A stretch of DNA of 64,000 nt from a virus (Duplodnaviria; Caudoviricetes). The translations under genes and the position numbers were made by a program. The notes beneath the pieces were generated by a model. The model was given only the letters and a program-made list of their open reading frames with translations, searched no databases and was not told the DNA's origin. Positions 38,371-48,158 of the stretch are shown here, piece after piece; within the stretch, counting starts at the first letter, position 1; every line of letters starts with the position of its first letter. The stretch is from IMG/VR virus record IMGVR_UViG_3300017763_003980, one strand, 5' to 3'.

Positions 38371-39810
38371 ATGAATAAAATTACTGAAATAGATCCTCAG
38401 ACAGCCGCAGAACAAGTTGTGCCTATGCTTGACGAAATTTCACCTACAATGTGTATGGCAAAATGGTTATGGAGCAGTATACATTTAACTAACGGACTTA
38501 CTAACAGTTGTTTTCTTCCGCCTTTACATAAGATTGATGCTGAAGCCGTAAAAAAGAATCCACGTGCATTGCACAACACACCAGAGAAAAAACAACAACG
38601 TGCTATGATGCTTAAAGGGGAGCAACCAGATGGTTGTAGTAGTTGTTGGAAAGTAGAAGCACAAGGAAAACAACTTAGTGATAGAGCATATCGTAGTTCA
38701 GAGCCATGGGCACAACAAGGATGGGAAGATGTAATAGACACGGGAGCAGATGGCGATATTGATCCTACATATTTAGAAGTAAACTTTAATCATGCATGTA
38801 ACCTAGCTTGTAGTTACTGTAGCCCCCATTTAAGTAGTAAGTGGGCAGAAGACATAAATGCTAATGGCCCTTATCCTACTAAAGTTCCGCATAATAGTAT
38901 TGACTATTTTAAAAGTATTGGCCATTATCCAATCCCCAATAGAGAAGAAAATCCATATGTAGAAGCATTTTGGAAATGGTGGCCTGATTTATATCCTAAA
39001 CTAAAGCATTTTAGAATGACTGGTGGCGAGCCGCTTATGGATAAAAATACATTTCGTGTGTTAGATTATGTTGTTGATAATGGACGTAAAGATCTTAACA
39101 TGAGTATAACTTCAAATGCCAGCGTTCCTGAAAAAAATTGGAATAGGTTTGTTGATACCGTAAGTTTTATTACAGAGTATGATAAATTAGAAAGTTTTAG
39201 ATTATTTGTTAGTGTCGACGGCTGGGGAGAACAAGCAGAATATATGCGTGATCCTTTAGATTTCGATTTATTGTGGCGTAACGTAAACAATTATTTGAAC
39301 AGAACCAAAGACGGGCTAGTAACCTTTATTGTAACATTAAATATGCTTAGTATGCCTAGCATAAAAAAACTAATGGAAGGGATATTAGAGTTACAACGTA
39401 TACACAACGTAACAAAAACTAGACGAGATGATAACGGTAAACTAATTTTTTACGGCATTCATAGAGTTTATGTAGATACGCCTGCACTACATTTTCCTGC
39501 ATGGCAAAGTTTAAAAGTACTACCAAAAGAGTTTTGGCACTATGGAGACGAATGTTTGGAATTTATGAAAGCTAATCCGGATAAAAATAGAGAAAGTAGA
39601 TGGGTAGGATTTAAACCGCATCAGATAGCTAGATTCTCTCGTAGTTTAGATTTTATGAAGCAAGGATTTTCATCAATAGAAGAAGAAGCAGAAGCACAAG
39701 AAAATTTTGTAAGATTTTTCGAAGCATATGATAAAAGACGGGGACTAGATTTTCATGCAACTTTTCCAGAACTAGGACCCTACTATAATAAATGGAAGGC
39801 AAGACTATGA
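38371..39810 (+). CDS. Radical SAM enzyme with an N-terminal twitch-like Cys cluster, paralogue 1
   Basis: CNLACSYC triad; MTGGEPL; N-terminal CMAKW...NSCF...CSSCW. Confidence 0.88.
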   Translation: MNKITEIDPQTAAEQVVPMLDEISPTMCMAKWLWSSIHLTNGLTNSCFLPPLHKIDAEAVKKNPRALHNTPEKKQQRAMMLKGEQPDGCSSCWKVEAQGKQLSDRAYRSSEPWAQQGWEDVIDTGADGDIDPTYLEVNFNHACNLACSYCSPHLSSKWAEDINANGPYPTKVPHNSIDYFKSIGHYPIPNREENPYVEAFWKWWPDLYPKLKHFRMTGGEPLMDKNTFRVLDYVVDNGRKDLNMSITSNASVPEKNWNRFVDTVSFITEYDKLESFRLFVSVDGWGEQAEYMRDPLDFDLLWRNVNNYLNRTKDGLVTFIVTLNMLSMPSIKKLMEGILELQRIHNVTKTRRDDNGKLIFYGIHRVYVDTPALHFPAWQSLKVLPKEFWHYGDECLEFMKANPDKNRESRWVGFKPHQIARFSRSLDFMKQGFSSIEEEAEAQENFVRFFEAYDKRRGLDFHATFPELGPYYNKWKARL

Positions 39811-41111
39811 GATATTCACATCACCATAACTTACATGATGCACATAATATTTTAAATCCTAATAATAGTGGATTATACAGTAACTATCCCCTAGGTCCTT
39901 CTTGGTTTCCATTAGTAGGAAAAACATCTATGCAACAAGGTTGGGACAAATACTTTGAACAAATGGAAAAAACTTTTTTTAAAGGTTATACAAATCCATA
40001 TGCTGTTTTTATGGGTGTAGGAAGTATAGAATATTTAGAATTAGCAAGCACTATTCTTGCTACAAAGCCAAAAAATAAGATTAATAAAAAAGGATTGAAA
40101 ATTTATCTATTAGAACCTCTTAGTACGTATAGAACTGATCAATCGAATAAAGAAGGAGTTAATTCTCATTATGTAGACTATGAAACTGATGATCTTGATT
40201 ATATAAGAGCAAGAGAATTAGACAGCATTGAAATTTTTATAGAACGTAATGACCTTAGAGATGTAAGTGTATACACACCTAATTTTAAAGTAAATGAATA
40301 TTTTGGTATGAAATATCCTACTATGCAATTATATTGTTCACCAGTAGGATGGGTATATCCAGCTACTATGGAAGCAAATCTAGAAATTCCAAAAAAACAA
40401 GATATAACTAAAAAGTTTTGGTGCGGAAATTGGAAATATGCTGCTCATAGACATTTGATAGCAAGTTATCTAGCAGGAAGATTCTCTCAAGATGATATTA
40501 ATCTAAGTTGGATATATAGTTCTAGTACTAGTATGCTACAAAATAATTTATGGTTTGATCTAAAAAAGTTGACAAAGTGGAAAGATCAAATTTTAGAAGG
40601 TACCCAAGTCTTAGATAGTATTACACCAAAAACAATGGGTATAAAAATGAAACGCCCATTAGATATTACAGAAAATTCACCTAATTTACATACAGGAACA
40701 AATCCTGTAGAATATTATAGAGAATCTTTTTGTGCTATAGTAAATGAAACTAGATTTGCAGAACCTACGGGATTTATTACAGAGAAAATTATGAATCCTA
40801 TGCTTAATTGTAAACCATTTATAATGGTTGGTCCACCTGGCAATTTAGAATATATGCGTAGATGGGGATTTCAAACATTTAGCGATTATTGGGACGAGAG
40901 TTATGACAAAGAAGAATGCCATTATAAAAGGATGGGGAAAATACTGGGACTTATCGATGAACTTGGATCTAAAAGTATAGAAGAATTACAGGAATTATAT
41001 GAGAGTATGTTGCCTGTGACTATGTTTAATCAAGTTCATATACTTGACTTGCAAGAAAAATTACTAGAAGAGCCTATTACTAAAAATATATTATTTAAGA
41101 GGCTAGGATGA
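39807..41111 (+). CDS. GT-B-like glycosyltransferase, paralogue 2
   Basis: KFWCGNWKYAAHR; VNET...FITEKIMNPMLNCKPFIMVG. Start set at ATG39807 (ATGA overlap with the upstream stop). Confidence 0.55.
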   Translation: MRYSHHHNLHDAHNILNPNNSGLYSNYPLGPSWFPLVGKTSMQQGWDKYFEQMEKTFFKGYTNPYAVFMGVGSIEYLELASTILATKPKNKINKKGLKIYLLEPLSTYRTDQSNKEGVNSHYVDYETDDLDYIRARELDSIEIFIERNDLRDVSVYTPNFKVNEYFGMKYPTMQLYCSPVGWVYPATMEANLEIPKKQDITKKFWCGNWKYAAHRHLIASYLAGRFSQDDINLSWIYSSSTSMLQNNLWFDLKKLTKWKDQILEGTQVLDSITPKTMGIKMKRPLDITENSPNLHTGTNPVEYYRESFCAIVNETRFAEPTGFITEKIMNPMLNCKPFIMVGPPGNLEYMRRWGFQTFSDYWDESYDKEECHYKRMGKILGLIDELGSKSIEELQELYESMLPVTMFNQVHILDLQEKLLEEPITKNILFKRLG

Positions 41112-41704
41112 TTATAAAAAATGAAAAGCCATTAAAAATTATCGGGTATGCAGAAAGTACACTAACACAAGAAAGTTTATTCTATGGAAAAAACTTTGTA
41201 ATTGAAGATACTAGCTTAATGACCCCGCAAGAATTTAAGCAGTTAGATAATAAAGATGACTTCCAGTACTTTATAGGCTTTGCACTAGACTTAAAAGAAC
41301 GGGAGCAGACTATAGATCTATTAGATGAGTATGATAGTGACTGTGTTACATATGTACATGATAGTGCTATTGTGTTTGAAGGAGCAACAATTGGTAAAGG
41401 ATCATGTGTTGCAAACTTTAGTTCACTTATGGCAGGAGCAAAGGTAGGCAACCATTGTTTTATTGAAACATACTGTTTGGTAAGCCATGAAACAACAGTA
41501 GGTAATAATTGTATGCTACACAGTGGAACAATGCTTGCTGGTAAAACTACAGTAGGTAAAAATTGTATGTTTAATTTTAAAAGTGCTGCAATTAATAATA
41601 TTGAAATTTGTGATAATGTTACTCTTGGAGCATTTAGTAGTGCAACAAAAAGTATAACAAAAGAAGGCGTATATGTAGGCACGCCTGCAAGATTTTTGCG
41701 ATGA
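41108..41704 (+). CDS. Hexapeptide-repeat sugar N/O-acetyltransferase (PglD/NeuD-like)
   Basis: Left-handed beta-helix repeats (IGKGS, VGNHCFI, VGNNCML, VGKNCMF); VSHE His; terminal GVYVGTPARF. Confidence 0.85.
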   Translation: MIIKNEKPLKIIGYAESTLTQESLFYGKNFVIEDTSLMTPQEFKQLDNKDDFQYFIGFALDLKEREQTIDLLDEYDSDCVTYVHDSAIVFEGATIGKGSCVANFSSLMAGAKVGNHCFIETYCLVSHETTVGNNCMLHSGTMLAGKTTVGKNCMFNFKSAAINNIEICDNVTLGAFSSATKSITKEGVYVGTPARFLR

Positions 41705-42675
41705 AGTATTTAAATATATGGAATGATATTGAACCAGCTGTAAGATGGAAAGGTGACGAAGGACTGATTGATTTTTTTATTGAAGAAAGTCAAAAAGAAC
41801 CTATTGCTTTAATGTGTGCCGAAGAAGCTAGTATGCATGCTGTTTCTTCTTTTTTCACTAAAGAAAAATTTTTGAAAGCCAAAGATGTTTATATGGTTCA
41901 AGGCGGCTATGATATAAATTATTATGACAGTATCTTAAAAGGGTTACCTAATTTACAATACGAAATTTGGCCTTTTTATTTTTTATATGAAAGTGTTTAT
42001 CATAATAATTCAGTAAGCAATACTTGTAATCCAGAAAAGTTATTTCTATGTATGAACTATAAGCCTAGGATACATAGGAAAAAAATATTAGATCAACTAG
42101 CAAGATTAAATTTGTTAGAATCTAATTATTTTACTTGGCATAATCCAGAAGAAAGCTATCATTACAAGCCTGATAGATTTGATGAAGATTATTATGAATG
42201 GAAACACTGGCAACCTAAACAAACTTATTTGCAAGGAACAACATGGGATCAATATGCACCTCCCGCTGAAATGGGCAAGTGCGTAATTGATGTTGTAACT
42301 GAATCTTTTTTACATTGTCCATTTACTACTGAAAAGACTTGGAACGCAATTATATCAAAAAAGCCATTTATAATTTTAGGTAAGCCGGGAATACACAAAT
42401 ACTTAGAGAGTATTGGATTTAAGTTGCCTAGTCAAATTAATTATTTGTTTGATAGCGTTGAAGATAATGATATGCGTATACAAATGATAGTTGATGAATT
42501 ATATAGATTATCAAAAATAGATTTACAGGAACTACATGAAAGTATGCAAGATGTAGTAGAGCACAATTATCAAAATGCATTAAATATTGTGAAGAATGAA
42601 AACCATACCCCTCATGTAAAAAAACATTATAATGAAGTTATAACTAGAGCAAAGAAGAAAGCTAATGAACTTTGA
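41701..42675 (+). CDS. GT-B-like glycosyltransferase, paralogue 3
   Basis: LFLCMNYKPRIHR; VTES...FTTEKTWNAIISKKPFIILG. Confidence 0.55.
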   Translation: MKYLNIWNDIEPAVRWKGDEGLIDFFIEESQKEPIALMCAEEASMHAVSSFFTKEKFLKAKDVYMVQGGYDINYYDSILKGLPNLQYEIWPFYFLYESVYHNNSVSNTCNPEKLFLCMNYKPRIHRKKILDQLARLNLLESNYFTWHNPEESYHYKPDRFDEDYYEWKHWQPKQTYLQGTTWDQYAPPAEMGKCVIDVVTESFLHCPFTTEKTWNAIISKKPFIILGKPGIHKYLESIGFKLPSQINYLFDSVEDNDMRIQMIVDELYRLSKIDLQELHESMQDVVEHNYQNALNIVKNENHTPHVKKHYNEVITRAKKKANEL

Positions 42676-43264
42676 AACAGTACAAGAGTTTGAAAAACAA
42701 ATTGCAAAGTTTTATGATGCGCCTTATGCAGTAGCAACAGATTGTTGTACACATGCGGTAGAATTATGTTTGAGAATAGAACCAATGTCAGCAATGACAT
42801 GTCCTACTAATACATATCCTAGTATTCCTATGACTCTAGACAAATTAAAAATACGTTGGTTTTGGGGAGAAGAAAATTGGGAGGATTATTATTATCTAGG
42901 AAACACTCGTATAATCGATGCTGCTGTTTACTGGAAAGAAAATAGCTATTTGTCAGGCACATTAATGTGTTTAAGTTTCCAATTTCAAAAACATCTTAGT
43001 CTAGGACGCGGTGGCGCCATATTATGTGACAGTCTTCATACATACCATGTACTAAAATCAATGAGTTATGATGGTAGATTGCCAAATATACCTTGGAAAG
43101 AACAAGACATACAACATATAGGTTATCATTATTATATGACACCCGAAACTGCACAGCAAGGTTTAGACAAACTTCCTGATGCAAAAACACGTAAGCCTAA
43201 AAAATGGACGTCTGCAGATTATCCTGATCTCAGGAACATGACTGTCTTTCAAAAACATCGATAA
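42665..43264 (+). CDS. Short DegT/DnrJ/EryC1/StrS-family PLP aminotransferase
   Basis: FEKQIAKFYDAPYAVATDCCTHA; IIDAA (PLP Asp); LSFQFQKHLSLGRGGA (PLP Lys); GYHYYM. Only 199 aa. Confidence 0.8.
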   Translation: MNFETVQEFEKQIAKFYDAPYAVATDCCTHAVELCLRIEPMSAMTCPTNTYPSIPMTLDKLKIRWFWGEENWEDYYYLGNTRIIDAAVYWKENSYLSGTLMCLSFQFQKHLSLGRGGAILCDSLHTYHVLKSMSYDGRLPNIPWKEQDIQHIGYHYYMTPETAQQGLDKLPDAKTRKPKKWTSADYPDLRNMTVFQKHR

Positions 43265-43289
43265 TTATATATGTACTTAAAGGTAGATA

Positions 43290-44273
43290 ATGTTAGTAGT
43301 CGAAAATGCATATGATAATGGAAATAAGCATGAACTAAGTTTCATGCAGATGAACCCTTCTGCTAGCAAATACAATGCAGATGTTTTGATATATGATGCT
43401 TATCAGTTCTTAACTGACGGCTATATTAAACGCCAAAGCGTAATTACTAATTTCCTTAATAAAAAAATATATATTGACGGTACATATGAACTAATGTCTG
43501 AACCAGTGCTTAATTTTTTAAATAAGGCATTTGAAAGTTTAAAAAATTTTTATTATTTCTTTATTCCGAGTAACCAAACTGAAACTAGTGACATATTAAA
43601 AAAATGTCTACAAAAAGGATTAGTAATACAGTCTTCGCAATATTTTGCAGACTATCCTAGTCGTTATCAACCAATATATAATAAAGAAATTGAAAAAAGA
43701 AAATTTTTATTTTATACTGGTAAACCATCTAAGGAAAGGACATTGCTTGTTTCGTTATTATCTTATTATAATTTATTAGATAATGGTTATGTTTCATATT
43801 TTGGAGAAAGTTATGTAGATAGTAATTTTGATAATCAAAAATCCAATGATATTTTTAATAGCCGGGTACCGTTGTTATTAGATGAAAAAAATAAAGTAAA
43901 AAAAGGATTAGATAAATTACAAATACCATTAACGTTGGATGTTAACGTGTTTGGACGAGGAACTGCTCATGCAAAAAACTTTAATGGTGACTATTATAAA
44001 GCTGTTGATTTTTGTATAATATCAGAATCAGATCATGAGAATGGATTTTTTATTACAGAAAAAACAGTAAAATGTATTAATCTCAATAAAAAGTTTATTG
44101 CGTTTGCCGCTCCAAACTATATAGAAAATCTTAAGGCTTATTATAAAGACAAACTTAACACAGATATATCACACCTTACTGACTGGTGCGATACTTCATA
44201 CAGTAAAGAACAATATACTTTTAAAAGAGCAGAGAAAATAATACAAATAGTTAAAGAGGAAACTAAAGAATGA
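43290..44273 (+). CDS. GT-B-like glycosyltransferase, paralogue 4
   Basis: KFLFYTGKPSKER; ISES...FITEKTVKCINLNKKFIAF. Confidence 0.5.
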   Translation: MLVVENAYDNGNKHELSFMQMNPSASKYNADVLIYDAYQFLTDGYIKRQSVITNFLNKKIYIDGTYELMSEPVLNFLNKAFESLKNFYYFFIPSNQTETSDILKKCLQKGLVIQSSQYFADYPSRYQPIYNKEIEKRKFLFYTGKPSKERTLLVSLLSYYNLLDNGYVSYFGESYVDSNFDNQKSNDIFNSRVPLLLDEKNKVKKGLDKLQIPLTLDVNVFGRGTAHAKNFNGDYYKAVDFCIISESDHENGFFITEKTVKCINLNKKFIAFAAPNYIENLKAYYKDKLNTDISHLTDWCDTSYSKEQYTFKRAEKIIQIVKEETKE

Positions 44274-45499
44274 AAATAGGTTTTATTGGCACAGGCAAAT
44301 TAGGAATGCCGTGTGCAGAAGCAATAGCTAGCAAAGGACACGATGTCCGTGGATATGATGTAGCTAATCAAGACAGTAAAACTGTACTAGCATGCAGTGA
44401 CATATACACTTGTGTTAAAGATAGAGACATTGTTTTTATTGCAGTGCCTACACCACATGATCCTGCATATGATGGCAGAGAGCCAACTGCACATCTAGAA
44501 CCAAAAGATTTTAATTACGACATTGTAAAAGATGTTATGCAAGAAGCAAACAAGCATATGAATCCAAATCAATTACTTGTGCTTATTAGTACAGTACTTC
44601 CTGGAACTACTCGTAGAGAGTTTGCACACTTAGTAACCAATACAAGATTTGTCTATAATCCTTATTTAATTGCAATGGGAAGTGTAGCATGGGATATGGT
44701 AAATCCTGAAATGGTTATGATTGGCACAGAAGATGGAAGCACTACAGGTGATGCAAAACAACTAGTAGACTTTTATAAAACTATTATGGAAAATGAACCA
44801 CGTTACGAAATTGGTACGTGGGACGAGTGCGAATGTATCAAAGTATTTTACAATACATTTATTAGTGCAAAAATTGGATTAGTGAACATGATACAAGATG
44901 TCGCTGAAATACAAGGTAACATTGATGTAGATGTTGTTACAAACGCATTAGCAAAAAGTACAAAACGCATTATGGGGCCACAGTATATGACAGCAGGCAT
45001 GGGCGACGGAGGAGGATGTCATCCTCGTGATAATATTGCACTACGATATATGGCACAAGAATTAGACTTAGGTTATGATTTGTTTGATAGTATTATGAAC
45101 GCAAGAGAAATGCAAGCACAAAATTTAGCAATTACGCTTGTTGATATTGCCAATGAAAAGAACATGCCAATTTATATACACGGCAAAGCATATAAGCCCG
45201 GTGTACCATATACTGACGGCAGTTACAGTTTGCTCGTAGGCCATTATTGTGCAGAATACGATTTCGAACCAACATATATTGATCCATTGACTGGAGACGA
45301 TAATAGACCAGAGGAACCTTGTGTAATGCTTTTGGCGCATAGTGCAAGTACAACATACAAATATATGCAAGAAGAAGGCGATGACACTGATAAACTATAT
45401 TGTGACATTCCTAATAATAGTGTTGTTGTAGATCCTTGGAGAAAGTATACGAATGATAACTGTGAAGTAAGGCACTACGGTAACACAAGAAATGTATGA
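44270..45499 (+). CDS. ugd: UDP-glucose/GDP-mannose 6-dehydrogenase
   Basis: GTGKLG Rossmann motif; FIAVPTP; STVLPGT; KVFYNTF; catalytic GGGCHPRD; GKAYKP. Confidence 0.9.
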   Translation: MKIGFIGTGKLGMPCAEAIASKGHDVRGYDVANQDSKTVLACSDIYTCVKDRDIVFIAVPTPHDPAYDGREPTAHLEPKDFNYDIVKDVMQEANKHMNPNQLLVLISTVLPGTTRREFAHLVTNTRFVYNPYLIAMGSVAWDMVNPEMVMIGTEDGSTTGDAKQLVDFYKTIMENEPRYEIGTWDECECIKVFYNTFISAKIGLVNMIQDVAEIQGNIDVDVVTNALAKSTKRIMGPQYMTAGMGDGGGCHPRDNIALRYMAQELDLGYDLFDSIMNAREMQAQNLAITLVDIANEKNMPIYIHGKAYKPGVPYTDGSYSLLVGHYCAEYDFEPTYIDPLTGDDNRPEEPCVMLLAHSASTTYKYMQEEGDDTDKLYCDIPNNSVVVDPWRKYTNDNCEVRHYGNTRNV

Positions 45500-46166
45500 T
45501 ATTGTATTCATTTCCTACCAAGAGCCTAATGCAGACGAAAATTACGATAAATTAAAAGAACGTTTTCCGTTAGCAAAACGTGTGCATGGTGTTAAAGGAA
45601 TACATCAAGCACATATTGCTGCCGCAAAAAAATGTTTTACTAAAATGTTTTGGATTGTTGACGGTGATGCACATATAGTTGATGAATTTAAGTTTGATTA
45701 TGAAGTTCCTAAACACCAATTAGATCATGTGCATGTGTGGAGAGCAAGAAACGCAGTCAATGCCCTTGTTTACGGATATGGAGGTGTTAAACTATTTCCT
45801 AAGCAGCTAACTATTGATATGGATCTATCAAAACCTGATATGACTACTAGTATCAGTGGAAAATTTAAAGCAGTACAAGAATTAGCAAACGTAACTGCAT
45901 TTAACACAGATCCATTTAATACTTGGAAAGGTGCTTTTAGAGAATGTGTAAAGTTAAGTAGTAAAGTTATCGATAGACAAAAAGATTTAGAAACAGATAA
46001 ACGTCTAAATACTTGGTGTACTAGAGGAAAAACTAATCCGTTTGGAGAATATTCTATACGTGGTGCAATAGAAGGCAAAGCATACGGTGAAAAATACCGT
46101 GATTCACCGCAAGAGCTGCGTAGAATAAATGATTTCGATTGGTTACAGGACAAGTTTAATGATTGA
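45492..46166 (+). CDS. GT2-like glycosyltransferase, paralogue 2
   Basis: YDIVFISYQEPNA...AKRVHGVKG..QAH...FWIVDGDA; WKGAFRECVKL. Confidence 0.65.
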   Translation: MYDIVFISYQEPNADENYDKLKERFPLAKRVHGVKGIHQAHIAAAKKCFTKMFWIVDGDAHIVDEFKFDYEVPKHQLDHVHVWRARNAVNALVYGYGGVKLFPKQLTIDMDLSKPDMTTSISGKFKAVQELANVTAFNTDPFNTWKGAFRECVKLSSKVIDRQKDLETDKRLNTWCTRGKTNPFGEYSIRGAIEGKAYGEKYRDSPQELRRINDFDWLQDKFND

Positions 46167-46887
46167 ATGGCAAGATGATAATGATGTGTTTGGAAGAATG
46201 TATGTACTTACAGACGAACCTTTATTTAAAAATTTAAGAAATGCAGTTAATCAATTTGATGCAGATTTTTCAGATGCACTTAGTTGGGGACAACTAAAAA
46301 GCAAACGTTGGTTGGTAGAATCTTTAATAGAATCTAATAAATTAGTACTTGCTAGTACTAACGGTCAGCAGAGTTTACAATTAGACACAATATTTTTGTG
46401 CGGTGGCTGGTACGGTACACTTGCAGATATGCTTTTTAAGACAGGATTAAAGATAGATAAAATAAGAAGTTTTGATATTGATCCTACATGTGCTCCTATT
46501 GCCGAATGTGTTAATAAACAGTATGTAATAAATGAATGGCAATTTAAAGCTGCTACTTTAGATATACATGATTTAAGATACAGTAGATTTGATTATGTAA
46601 CACACAAGGCAGATGGTACAGAAATTAAATTAATTGACGATGCCAATTGTGTAATTAATACAAGTTGCGAGCATATATTAGATTTTGAGAGATGGTATGA
46701 TCATATACCTCACGGCATGTTAGTTATAGTACAAAGTAATGACTATTTTGAAGTACCTGATCATGTAAATTGTAGCGAAACACTTGAAGATTTTAAAAAA
46801 CAAACACCAATGCGTAGAGAATTATTTTCAGGTAAATTAGAATTATCAAGTTATAATAGATTTATGCGTATTGGATTTAAAGAATAG
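46159..46887 (+). CDS. Class I SAM-dependent methyltransferase-like protein
   Basis: IFLCGGWYG motif I, RSFDID motif II, VINTSCEH. Start placed at ATG46159, overlapping the upstream stop. Confidence 0.7.
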   Translation: MIEWQDDNDVFGRMYVLTDEPLFKNLRNAVNQFDADFSDALSWGQLKSKRWLVESLIESNKLVLASTNGQQSLQLDTIFLCGGWYGTLADMLFKTGLKIDKIRSFDIDPTCAPIAECVNKQYVINEWQFKAATLDIHDLRYSRFDYVTHKADGTEIKLIDDANCVINTSCEHILDFERWYDHIPHGMLVIVQSNDYFEVPDHVNCSETLEDFKKQTPMRRELFSGKLELSSYNRFMRIGFKE

Positions 46888-48158
46888 TGTACGAAGAAAC
46901 AAAAAAAGAATTAGATAAGATTAGTCCTAGCTTTTGTATAGCAAAGTGGGCTAGAACTAATGTAAGAACCTATGAAGGCACATCATACAGTTGCCATCAC
47001 TGTAGACCTATAGTTACTCCCAAAGAAGATGTAGTAGCTAATTATGAAACTTTAACAAATAATGAAAAAGTAAAACAATACAGGCAACAGATGCTAAACG
47101 GTGAACGGCCAGAAGAGTGTGGCTACTGTTGGACTAGAGAAGATCAGGGCTTTACAAGTGATAGAATTATTAAAAGTCGTAAATTTATGAAATACCATCA
47201 TATAAACCCATATGATATTACTAAAGACTTAACACATGCTCCTGTACATTTAGATATTGCGTTTGATAGGACATGTAATTTTAAATGTTCATATTGTGGT
47301 CCTCAAAATAGCAGCCTTTGGGCAGAAGAAATAGCACAATATGGAGACATAAAAGGAGTACCTGCGTTTGCTGACAGAGAATCAATACCTAACAGAGAAG
47401 TAAATCCTTATAATGATGCTTTTTGGGAGTGGTGGGAAGCAGGTCTAAAGTATAGTTTACAACATTTAACTATTACCGGTGGCGAACCGCTATTGTCAAA
47501 AGAATTTTGGAAAGTATTAGATAAAGTTGAACAAGATGATTTAGGTATGACAGTTATGGTTAACACAAATCTATGCCCACCTGATAAAATATTCAACAAG
47601 TTTGTAAATAGAATACAAAACTGGGATCCTTTAAGGATGCGTATTTCCACAAGTATAGAATCAATGAGTAAAAAAGCTGAATACAGCAGGTTCGGATTAG
47701 ATTATAATAAGTTTATGAGTAATATGCATAGGATATTAACTGAAACTGATCTAAAAGTTGAGGTTAATCTTACAAATAATGCATTAAGTTTTACTTCGCT
47801 TACTGATCTAGTTCAAGAACTAACTAAATTTAAAATTAAATACGGAGAAAAAAGAGTAACAATGCATAGTAACGATGTTACTTATCCTCAACATTTAAAT
47901 TTACGCATACTTCCTAAAGAACTTAGAAATGCTGAAGTAATCAAGTTTAAAAGATTTATGAAAATTAATAAGAAATATTTTTCCGAATCAGAGAAATATA
48001 AGTTTATGCGTACATTAAAACTTGCACTAGTTGAATATGATGATCTACAAAAACACCGCGATGAATTTTTGATATTTATTGAACAATATGACAAAAGAAG
48101 AAATTTAAATTTTGATCAAACGTTTCCAGAAATAGCAAAATTTAAGGATAAGATATGA
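46887..48158 (+). CDS. Radical SAM enzyme with an N-terminal twitch-like Cys cluster, paralogue 2
   Basis: CNFKCSYC; ITGGEPL; N-terminal CIAKW...SCHHC...CGYCW. Confidence 0.88.
   Translation: MYEETKKELDKISPSFCIAKWARTNVRTYEGTSYSCHHCRPIVTPKEDVVANYETLTNNEKVKQYRQQMLNGERPEECGYCWTREDQGFTSDRIIKSRKFMKYHHINPYDITKDLTHAPVHLDIAFDRTCNFKCSYCGPQNSSLWAEEIAQYGDIKGVPAFADRESIPNREVNPYNDAFWEWWEAGLKYSLQHLTITGGEPLLSKEFWKVLDKVEQDDLGMTVMVNTNLCPPDKIFNKFVNRIQNWDPLRMRISTSIESMSKKAEYSRFGLDYNKFMSNMHRILTETDLKVEVNLTNNALSFTSLTDLVQELTKFKIKYGEKRVTMHSNDVTYPQHLNLRILPKELRNAEVIKFKRFMKINKKYFSESEKYKFMRTLKLALVEYDDLQKHRDEFLIFIEQYDKRRNLNFDQTFPEIAKFKDKI

Noticed and set aside
42665-44273. Frameshift joining the short DegT to the next ORF
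   Set aside because: The downstream ORF belongs to the GT-B-like paralogue family, not the DegT C-terminal domain; no slippery site recognised.
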